From a virus: a DNA stretch of 63,626 nucleotides. The stretch covers positions 1 through 63,626 of the IMG/VR virus record IMGVR_UViG_3300045988_147865. One strand, 5' to 3'. A program made the translations under genes and the position numbers. How positions within the stretch are numbered: position 1 is the stretch's first letter; each line of letters opens with the position of its first letter. Of the stretch, positions 38,001 through 50,000 are shown piece after piece. Below the pieces are notes generated by a model. The model searched no databases, was not told the origin of the DNA, and worked only from the letters and a program-made list of their open reading frames with translations.

Positions 38001-41000
38001 TCAGATTGTGCGCCATGTCACGCAAACGTCTAGGAGCCTCTATTATATAAGGTATAGTCTCAGCCAGTTTTTCTGCCCGGTTTTTCTTTCCCTTGTAATC
38101 AGATAGCAACTTGTCAAAAACACCGCTATCAGCCATCTTCTCGATTCTGTTCTTCACATCATTGATATAGATAGCATCATCAGCACTAGCCTCCTCCATA
38201 TTCTTTCTACGATGGATAACCGCATGCTTCACAGTCTTTGCTGCACCTTCCTTGCTCACATCAGTACTGGTCACTTCTGCCAAATCCTGCATCACTTGCT
38301 GCTCCAGTGCATCAGCCTTCGGATTGGTCTCTGCTGGGTAAATCTTACCCTCATACAAGTCCAGATCGGCTTGTTGCTGCTCCAGCAGATCATGTTTGAC
38401 CAGCCAGTCCTCATACTTGCGTTTCACCTCCTCCTGCTTTTTCTTTTCGAAGGCAAACATATCTGGCAAAGGGTCTTCCTGGTCCTTCATGGCTGCCTGC
38501 CATTTCTCATATTCATGAATACGATTCATGTAGGCATCATCCTCTTCACCTTCCATTCGGATAGGCATACCAGTAGGTTCCTCGCCAACAAGGTGGTGGC
38601 GTTCACGCCAGTCTTTATTGAGCTTTGCCCATTCCTTCTTACCTGCTTCATCCTTATCAATATCGTAGAACATTGGAGGCTCTGGGTTCTCTTTATCCTC
38701 GCGTGCATTCTGCCATTTGCGCCACTCCTGTACACGTTTCATGTACTGAATAGTGCTTTCGCCCTTCTTCTGTCTCGGCTTGCCCTTACCTGCACCATCA
38801 CCCAGCGCATCCTTGATTTCAGCATTGCTAGCCTGCTTCATCATGGCTTCCTGCTTCTCCTGAGGCATTTCGTCCCATACATGGAGAGCCTTGCCAGCCT
38901 TCATCAGGTAGTATCTCAAATCCTTGTCATTGAGAAGTCCCGGCACTCGAACACCCAACTTCTTCAGCAACTTGATAAGGTAATGCTTAATCTTAGTCCA
39001 AAGAGTAAAGTCCTCTGCTGATTTAGGGCCATCCTCTGCCAAATGAGCGATATACTCCTGCGTTCCCACATTCATGCGGTCAGGGTTCTTCCAGTCCGGA
39101 TCATACTTGTTGGCAAAGTCAATAATCTTGCCTCGAACATCCTTACCTACGGAACGATAAACGAAGTTGGCGAACTTTCTCACGCCATCTTCGCCACCAA
39201 GAAGTACTTCCATACCCTCATGGCCTATCTTTTCATGAAGCACCGTTCTCTCAGCCTCGTTGGCATCAGCACAATTAGGCAGATAAACATGCACCGTGTG
39301 TGTAGTAGGGTCATACCAGCCGGTAGCACCATTCTTTACATCACTCAGATAAGCATCTGGAACCTCATCCACAGAAGTGTAAACTGTAGCCTCAGCACCA
39401 CCCAGTTTGTTGGCAGTGTTCACTACCCGGTCACTCACTTGTTTCTGCTTGTCTGCATCCCAGTTGTTCTTGAAGATAGAGCTGCCAAGTCGTGCCAATA
39501 CATTTCTGCCCGACAAGTCATCCTTATTCAGCAGAGGAGCAATCACGCCCTGGGTCAACTGCACCGGAATACCATTGCCAATGATGGTATGTGCCAAAGA
39601 TTCCGTCTTAGGCAATTTATAGTCATCGCCCAGTCCGGTAATCCTAGCCAATACCCTGCCATCTGCACGCAATACCTTTCCACCCGGCATGATGATCACA
39701 TCACCACTCTTGGTTCTCAGCGTAGGCAGAATGTCATCCCCATAGGCATGAGGAATCTTGCCATCGGCATAAGCACTACCCATTACATAAAGAGGCTTCT
39801 CCACCTTCTGCCAGTCGATTCCGTCAGCCTTCAATCTGGCATCCATCCATGGAGCCACACCGCTTTCCTTCACCGTCAGGGTAGGAAGAATATCCTCCAC
39901 AGCCTCTAGCCATCCACCCTTGCGTGGTTGCTTCTTTGGCTTTTCAGGCAGTTCTCCGTCCTTCACGGCTCTAATAATCAGTCGTTCCCTGCTGGTATAG
40001 CCACCATAGTCTGCGGCATTATACACATCAGAATCCCATGTATAGCCATTCTTATCAAGTGTCTTGGTGATAATCTTCATCGCCTCAGAGTCCTTGTAGC
40101 CCTTCACGTTCTCGATAGTCACCACTCGCGGCTTCACGGCATCAATGAACTCGGCAGTACTCTTGGCAGTCTCCTTGTCAAGTTCCACCTCTCCACTATT
40201 ACTTTTGGCCTGCGAATAGTTCTTGCATACAGGCGAAGCATGGAAATACTCTACCTCACCATCAATATGCTTCACCAGTTCCTTCGGATCCACGTCTCTC
40301 ACGTCAGCCGTAACAATATGCTGCCCGAAGTTATTGCGATATACGCCGCTTATCTTCCGGTCATATTCCACAGCCACAACTGGGTCGATGATACCCTTCA
40401 AACCTTCCTCTACCAGTCCACCACCGCTAAAGTAGGTTCCAGCCTTCATCAGAGAATCAGGGTGCTTCTTCAACTTCTGCTGCATGATAGGAGATTTCAC
40501 GATACCCTTACCGCCCCATTCCTTGAAAGCGTCCTTGGTCATTTTCACGTCAACGAACTGAGCCTGAGGAAATTCCTTCTTCAAATCTGCCATTTGCTCC
40601 AGGAACTTCTCCTTAACCTCTGGGTTCTGTCTACCTTGCTCCACGGTCGTGATAGGCACACCAAGTTTGGCAAGCTCTCTCAACTGGTTAGGGGTAACTA
40701 CATTCCAAGGAATAGCCAAGCCTGTACCGCTCAGTTGTGCAGCGATTTTCTCAGCCACCTCCTCGTCAGGCACAATTCTCACTGCCTTTCTCCAACGAGA
40801 TAGCATCACGCTTCTCTGTCTGTCCTTAGGCAGAAGACTGTTCACTGTTCCAGAAGTCCAAGGTACCAAGCCCACAGAGTCCTTTGCTCCCTCGGCATGA
40901 TAACCGCTCGTCTTCTCGCTCTCCGGAATCTCCCATTCCACAACCTTGATGTTACCTCTAGCGTAAGCACCAGAGAATTGGTCGTTCATCACCGAAGTTG

Positions 41001-44000
41001 AAGTGTGCATGTAAGGATTGTAAGCAGCTGGCACAGGACCTTCTCCTGCCCCAGGGTTCTTATCGGTCTTTACAAGTTGGAATTTTCCGTTCTTCACAAG
41101 GTCCGGTCTTTCATCAGCCCCCATCCAGGCACCAATTTCTGTAGCATCGGTACGCTTGCCATCAATGATAGCTGCCATAGGCGAATAGAGCTTGCCATCC
41201 ACCTCCTGCATTCCGCTATACATCCGGAAAGTCTTCTCCTTATTCAGCCTATCCAGTTCCTCCGGCTCAGTCACACGATGGAAGCGAACATCCTGCTTGC
41301 GAGAATTGAAACGCTTAGAAGGAGGAATAACGTCACCATTATCATCATAGGTAACAAGGTCGTTCAACTTTCTATTATTCTTGGCATTCTTGTATTTATA
41401 AGCCTTGCCATCATCAAAGCCAAACTCGTTTGCGTCATTACCATCCCACCACAGTTGATTTGCAGGCACTTCATCCTCAATGATACGATATTTGCCTTCC
41501 AGACGGTTTGTTCCGTGCATTTCGGCATATTTCTTAGAAGGAGTAACCCAGTCACCATTACGTAACTTACCTTCCTTCACGGAAGTAGGAACAGCACGAT
41601 AAACCTTTACCTTAACATCCTTCTCGCCATTCTTAATAGCATCAATAGCTGCATTAATAGCTTTCACTGATTCCAATCCATGAGGAGTGTTCTGAGAATA
41701 ACGCTCAGGGTGAGAGAAGTAATCATCCGGCTGAGGAGTATAGCCCAAGGCAATATCCTCCAGGTTCACATCCGAGCCACTGGATTCCCAATCGTCACGT
41801 CTCGCCTTGTCACTTTCATACCCAGGGTTCCCCGGTGCAGCCCAGGCACCTACACCCTGATATGCGCTTTCGGTATCATCATACCCCTTGCGTCTGGCAG
41901 CCTCATCAAGCATTTCCCTGGCAGTAGCATCATCACCCTTGGCAAGAGCATCCATATACTGCTTGTCAAGTTGATCATCAGGAATCAGAGAAAGTTCCTC
42001 CAGGTGCTTCTGCCGTTTGGCCTCCTCTTCCTCAGCTCTCTTTCTAGCGGCTTCCATGGCGTTACGCTCAGCCTCTACCTGCTTTCTGCGCTCCTCAAGC
42101 ATGGCATCAAGGTCTCCAAAGTTCTCCTTCAAGGCATTATTTACAGGCTTGGTGTACTTAGCTATATCCTTCAAAGAGGAAATGTTATCTTCATTTACCT
42201 GCATCAAGTGACGCCTAATATTGGCTCTGGCACGTGCTGCCTCAGCAGTAGAACCCTTCTTGATAGCATTGGCATACATCGCCACATCAGCCTCATCAAC
42301 CCCAAATTGCTGAGATACAGCCTTTATTTTATCCTCCACAGATAAATTTTCGCCATTTTCCTTGGCGGTTTCAGAATTATTATCTACCTTTGCACGCATA
42401 AAAGCATTTCCATCGGTTTTGCGTGCTCCTTCCGGAGTGTAAGTGTTGCCTTCTGCAACATGGGACGCATCTGATGGATTTGCTTTTCTATCTGAATAGA
42501 AATTCTGAAAATGTTCCTTATTTCCCACAGGTTTTGTTACCACAGTATAAGTAACGCCACTCTCTTTATCTGTATATGAGTATTCTATCGTTCCTTTTTT
42601 ACTAGGTTTGCGAGTAGAAACGTTCAACATTTTTGGAAGTGAAAGAATATCATCAACAGTGATATAATTCTTGTTTACACCAAAGTGACGATATAAGCTA
42701 TGTTTAGTTCCAGCATGATCATCATTTCCCTGTCGCATAACCATAATTCTTTCTGCTCCACCACTAGTAAATGAAAAATCTTTATTATTATCTTTACCAG
42801 AATAAACATCAGCTACAACCTGCTGAGCCTTATCAAGTTCTCGACCTTCAAACTGTGAAGCAACATTCTTCATACGTTTCTTGGTAGTAGAACCCATAAA
42901 CTTGATGTCATCAGCATTCTCAGCCTCATGAAGTTTAGTACGTGGGTCCACCCCATTCGCCAAGTCTCTCAACACAAGGTTACGAATATCCTCCAAGGTC
43001 ATTTTCTTAATGTCCTCAGGCTTCCACTTCGTAAATGTATCAAGAGTCCAATACCAGAATTTTTTCAGCCACTCCTTCAACTTATTGATAACACTCAGTT
43101 CCTTGGCTGTATCAAGCGGATTCTCCTTGATAGCATCCTTAGCCATCTGTTCCAGGATGGCAGCTCCGTCCTCACCGGTCAAACGAGCAAAAGCCTCATC
43201 GCAAATTTGCTCATCTGTCAGATGATTATAGTTAGGATCCTGCTTTAAATCGGCAAATAGCTGGGTCTGCATGATGAGTTTATCACCATGCTCTATAAGT
43301 TCCGGATTCATTTCCTTGGCAGCAGTACGCCAAAGATGCTGATACTCATGAATAGGAGTATTGGGATTCAGATGCTCCTGGTTCAGCACAATCTCCTTGC
43401 CATCAGTGTAGCCATAAACCACACCCTTACCCTTCAAATACTGCACTCCCGGCTCAGCAACAGCCTTCAACTGATTATCTAACTCAACATACTTATGGAA
43501 CAAGTCATCAAGTGTATCTTGATACTTTTCAAAGGATTTATCCCTGTAGTCAGTCCAAACATCATCTGGAATATCGTTCTCAGAAGATAAGCCATGCTGA
43601 TCCATATAGTCCTGCATTAACTGATTTTGATACTCTGCGCGCTCTTTCTTCTTGGCATTATAGGAATCTTCGGTTTCTTTAATCTGCTTCTCTAACTCGA
43701 TTCTCTTATTGAGCAGAGATTCTGCCTTATAAGGGTCAAACTCACTAGGAACATCACCCTTCACGTCCTTGATCTGTTCCTCAAAAGGCTTATTCAGATT
43801 AAATGCCTTGTAGTTTCCAATCTTCCAGGCATTGGTATAGTACTTGCGCCACTTCTCTGCTAAGTCCTTCTTCTCAAAGTACTGAGGAGGTTCGTTCGGA
43901 TTATCCATATTGACGATGGCATACTGCTTAAATTTGTCCGGTCTGTTCTTTGCAGCCCAGTCATAAGCAGCCTTGGCCGCCTCCTTCTGCTCAGGAGTCT

Positions 44001-47000
44001 TGATATAGAAGCGAAGACGAGAATCATTCAAAAGCATTTCTACTGCCAGATTATCCTGCGCCTCAGCCACCTTCTCCATATCCTCATTGCTAACAATCTT
44101 CACCGGGATGCCAGCCTTCTTAAGCATAGCAGATACAGCATCATAAGCCACCCTCTGCGCCTCTGTCAGATTCTCCGGCTTCACCTCCTTCACATCGCGG
44201 TCAAATTTCGCCTGTTCCTTCTGTACCATAGCATACTCCGCAAAAGGCTTAGTCTTGCGGTCAGAAGACTCCAGCCACTTGTCAAAGGTAGCCTTAGGCA
44301 CAGCAGTAACCTTACCAAGTCCCTTCCAGCCTTTAGAGTAGTTGGCAAGATAAGCCTTTGTAGCAGCCTCCTCAGAAGGATAGCCATAAATTACTTTATG
44401 CTCATCAAACTCTCCAGTCTCTGGGTTCACCTGGTCAACAACATAAACGTTACCATCAAAAGTATCAAGGTCTGCGGCATCATTGATGAACATATCAATA
44501 TGGTCACCATCAACGCCAATTTTACCAAGAATATAGCCGTAAGTATCGTGCATGGTCACGCTCCAAGGCTTACCCTGCTCGTCCTTACCGCTGCGAGTCA
44601 CGCCCTTTGGTGTTTCTACGGTATAATCGTAGCCACCAAAGGACAAATGACCTTTTTTGTAATTGCCAGCCTTCTTCTGAGCCTCTGTAGGTTCGGTCTC
44701 AGTTTCGGCAATGGCACTCTTTAAACGTTCTCCGAAGGATGCTTCTTGCGGTAGATGTGAGCCTCGAACAGTTGAGCCTTCGCCACGTTCCAGGCTGCCA
44801 GTCTCTTGTCGCCCTTTGCGTCCGCTATCAGAGCCTTCTCCAATCTCGGACTCAGAAGATGCTTCTCCGTTACCAACTTCTTCGCCTTGGCTATTTCCTT
44901 CATCAACTCCTCTCCGTGAAGAGTCGCTACCCAGGCTACTGCCTCCTCCATATCCTTCATCATTGCTTCTGTCATCATAATCTGCTAATTCTGGTAAAAT
45001 TGATTTGACATATTGTTTATATTCTCGTTCACGATCCTCAATCTCCATCATGCGGTCATATTCTAGCCCATAGATGTGATCAAGTTCGCTTTCAGACGGC
45101 AAAGATAACTCTTTTTCGTGAATATACGATTTATATTTCTCAATTTCTGCCTGTCTTTCGAAAATTTCTCGCTCTTTCTGTGCTTCGTAATACTCTTCCT
45201 CGCTTGAAAGTTCATCTTCTGCAGCAGCTATGCGGTTCATCAGAGCCACATTTCTCATTTCCTTCACGCTGTCATAAGACTTGAACATATCAAGAAGGGC
45301 ATTACGAACATCCTGGTCGGTATATCCCATATCCTGCAAGTTTACAGGAAGGTCATTATATACTCTCACGGCAAATTCGTTAACCGACATACCGGTTCCT
45401 TTCTTGGCAATAAGATAATTGAACTTATTAGAATCATACCCCTTGCCAATACCAAACTTAAAATTGCTCTTGCCCAACTCATATTGAAGAGATTCTGGAT
45501 TCAAGCTATGAGGAAACAAAGACTCTGACACAGCCTCTTCGAGAGTCTGAGGAGTTAAGTCCATCACATCAACGGAAGCATCCTTATATATTTCATGGAT
45601 AGCATTCATATCGTTCTTCTTCAGCGCGTCAGCCACCAATGCCTTGCGTTGCTCTGAAGGTGTCATGCCCAGTTTCTCCATTTCCTGCTTGCTAACTTCC
45701 GTTTTGTAGAGTCTGCTGAGTTTATTAGCCTGAGCCTTCAAACCCTTGGCAGCAACAGACAAATTAGTCTGCAGGGTCTTCAGTTGAGCCTTTGTAGTAT
45801 TCAATTCCATGAGTTGGGTAGGGTCCAGCTCTGTTTCGCCATTGATATACTGATCCAGCATATCATTCACATCATTTATCTTGCGCTCCACATCCTCCTG
45901 GGTATGATAGAGGTCTTTGCGCTGAGAAGTAATATAGTCGGTAGCCTTATCCATAGTTGGATATTGCTTCTTCAATTCTTTATCATCAAGTACGAGTACA
46001 TGGAAATCATCAGATGGCACGATGGCAGATTCATCAACACCAGCCTTCTCTACCTCAGCCTTGCGCTCCTCCTTCATAGCTTTCACCTCATCAGGAGTCA
46101 TCACACTGTTGCGGATAGTATTCCAGTTCTTGAAACGAGCATCAAGATCAGCAATCTGCTCATTAACCAGACTCAACTCATCCTCCACCTTCTTAGCTTT
46201 TTCCGGGTCAAGATCGGCATTGGTATCAAGCCAGTTCTGATATTCAATAGCAGCCTTTCTCTTGTTGGCAAGTTGCGTTTTTATGTCATCACGGCTGCCA
46301 TTAACCAGATTCAAAAGTTTGCCATGGTCTTCCCCAAACTGCTCCTGCAGATACTCAGCCGCCACATTTGGATCTGAATCCTTAGAAGAATAGTCCGGCT
46401 GACCCTCGCTCAGCCCCACGATGCCATTGGCATAACGTTGTTTCTTATCAGCCTCAGCCTGAGAAGCTGCTTTCTGCTCACGTTCAACGTCCTCGGCATC
46501 CAAATGCTCATTAATGGTATTGTCGAGCGCATTCTTGCGCCATGCTGCAAACTCTTCTTTAGACAAAGGAAGATAATCTTTGCCATCAGTAAGTACAATT
46601 TTTCCGTCCTCGCTATATCCGGCAAAGGTCATGTTGACATTAGCATCACCCTCCTCCATGGCAACTGTTACCTGATCATTCGGTTTCAAACCGCTGCCAT
46701 CAAACTGGCTGATAAACTGCTGCGCTCTTGCATTTTTCTGCTGAGTCACCATATTTTCGATGTATTCATCAAGAGAAACAGGAGTGCCCACCTCTCTAAT
46801 CTCGGCATTAGATACCTGCTTAATTGTAGCCTGTCCCTGCTCATCAGGAACGACAACAAAGGCTCCACCATATTCGTTGGCCTTCTTCAGGAACACCTGT
46901 TTTCCACTATCCAAAGTAGCTGGCACGATGTTTCCGTCTTCCGTCTGGTATGGCCAGAGCTGCTGCTTCAACGCCTCACCATAGCCATCATCAGCATGCT

Positions 47001-50000
47001 GCAGAGCATCAATAGCACCCTTCTTGGCATCCATAGCCTCCACATACTTACTGATAGCCTCTTTCTGTGCCGGGGTCAGACTGGCACGCTGAGCCACAAA
47101 CTGCTCCATATCTCTACCCTCATTATAGGCATTGGCTACAATTTCAGGCATCTTCTCGTTATCAGCAAACGCTCGCTTCAAACGTCCTGTTGCCAAATCG
47201 CTATTATAGTCGATAGCCTGCAAAGCCTCAGAATCCCCATTCTTATAGGCATTCTGTCCCATAACAAAAGCATCAGAGTTTGCAACCTTAGGCTCATTTC
47301 CTGCACCCTCAGCAGCAGAGTTTGCAGGGTTTGCAGCAACTTCTGCATCACTCGGAGTTGGTACGGAGTTGGTACGGTCTTGATATGGAGCAGGTTCCTC
47401 TGAAACAGGAGGCTCCTGACCACCAGCTGAACCCTCTACAGAAGCAGGTCCCTCAACAGGAGTAGCTGGTTTTGCGCCATCAACATCGCCCTGCTCTATA
47501 CGTTTTTTATCATCCTCTATCTGCTTCATTTCACGTTTCAGTTCAATGGAATTGTAAAGTTCCTTAAGATAAGACTCAACCAAAGGTGCATATTTCTTAT
47601 CTTTCGACTCCAAAGCCTTACGAAGTGTACCGCGCGCCACGCCATGGGAATCCTCAAACGTGTTGACAAACTCCCTCATCACAGAACTATTCTCCAGAGC
47701 ACTGTCATAATAATGACGGTAGGCGTTAACCTGCTTCTGCTCCTCGTCAGTAAGGATAATACCCTTCTGCTGCTTATCCATGATGTCTTTGATGGAACCA
47801 GCATTCTGATGAAGATAAACCGCTGCCTTATCCTCATCTGTCAATTTCTCACCCATATTGTATTTCTGGGCTGCCTTGTTGTATAAGCCATCAAGATGCT
47901 CCTGCGTAAACTCATTGTGGAACTCACCTTCCAGCACAGAAGCCAAACCAAGAGTCTTCTCATACTCCAGTTTCTTATCTGCCTTCTGAGCCTCATCAAG
48001 AGAAGAAAACTCCTTTCTCTCAACAATACCGCCATCCTTATTTAAGGTTTCGAGATAAACCTTGCCACCATTATCCATTGGCTGCACGATGATGGAATCT
48101 ACAATAGGCGAGAAAGAAGAAGGGCGCTTGCCTTCTACAACTGCCATCATCTTAGCCTTCAACACCTCCGGTACGCTCTTGTCGTTCATCAGGTCCATAT
48201 ACTTCTGGGTTAACTGCCCATCAAGTCGCTGAGCATTCTCACCAACCACAGCATACTCCCCGATGCCCATCTTCTCAAAAGCATCACGAAGACCATCATA
48301 GCCGAATCGTTTCAACTCGGCAATATCCTGATCAGTAAAGTCAAACTTCTTGTTAAACTCCCTCGCATCCTTGAATCGGGCATACTTGCCCACAAAACCA
48401 GGGAAACCAATAGACAAAAGATTAGCACCACTCTCCAAGAAAGTTTCAGCAGCATCCTTGCCGGTAGGCTTGAAATTCGGGTCGTGCGCCATACGCTCCA
48501 ACAACTGCTGACCGGTCATAATACCGGAATCCACAACCTTACCACCAATATCAGCAAGAATATTGGTAGCTAAGCCTCTGCCCTTACCTACCATGTTAGC
48601 GATGGTTCCACCCTGCATGATAGCACCTACGGCACTCTGTTTAGCCACTTCGCCCAAAGTGTTGGCAATAACCTTACCCACAGAAGGATTGTAAATCTTG
48701 CCATTCTCATCGAACTGACCTGTACGATAAATCTCATCAATAGGCTTCGAGATTGCAGACTGACCACCAAAGGTAACAGCACCATGCGCGGCTCCACTCT
48801 TCAAAGCCGCGGCCTTACTCTTACCGATAAGCACCTTGGCAACTCGCTCAGCCACCCTACGCTCCATACCCTTAGCCATGAGGTCACCAGCCAGTTTACC
48901 CTCTGCCTTGGCTACCATGCTCTTAGTCAACTTGCCACCTGCGGCTCCCGGCAGCCAATAACTCCAGGCATCACCTGCAAAGGTCAGAGCACCACTAGCC
49001 ACGTTCTCCCAGAAGCCCGGATGATACTGCTGATTGGCAATATCCTCCAGCCAGTTCTGGTAGTCCGTCTGCATAATCTTGCGAGATACCTTGCCGATGA
49101 TGGTGTTCTCTATACCTGTCTTCAGGATATAGTCTGCACTACCTCTAGGTATCATGCCCTTCACCTCCAACTGATCCAACTCATTCTTGATGGCAGCATT
49201 GATCATTGGCTTGAACTGCTTAGGATCACCACTAAGAGTGCCATTCATGCCATATCGCTGCATCACCTTAAATGCCGCATTGCTCATATCATTCAGGAAC
49301 TCTGGATTCCGGTAGAGCTTGCCAAACTTCTGCTGCAAACCGCTCAGAATCTTCTGAGGGTCGCGTGTCTTGTTTGCCTCAGCGATAGCACCAATAGCAA
49401 AAGGAGAAGCAGCATCCACATACTTAGACTGCTCATTATACTTCGCCATCTGTGCATTAGAAGCCGCCTCTGCGTCCTGAATAGCCTTAGCTACAGATGT
49501 ACTGGTATATTTGCTGATAACGTCAGAAAGCGCATCATTGATGTCCTGATTCATCAGTCTGTCCTGTACATTCTCATCGTGAGAATAGAGGCGTGTAGCA
49601 ATACCCTCAGCGATGTCACGATAGTTCGGACCATACTTGTTAACCAAACTCTGTACCATAGCTGGCTTCAAGAACAGTCCCACATAGTCATCATAGCTGA
49701 TACCCATGTTATATGCCTCCTGCTTCAACTTATCCTGCACGCCATGGCTATACCATTGCGCTTCAATACTCTTCTCTGCATCCTGCACAGTATCATCAGG
49801 CAAAGAAGATACTACCTGGTTGGTAACGTCCATGGCAGAGCGATTGGCATATCTGTGCAAAGCAGGCATCACCATATTCACAGCCTCCTCATTGCTATTG
49901 GCAGTACCATCAGCCAACAAGTCGGCAACCAAATTCTCAAAGTAAGTACTCTGCTTATCCGGTCTCTGCTTCCAGTCCTCAATATAGTTGGCAAGTTTGG

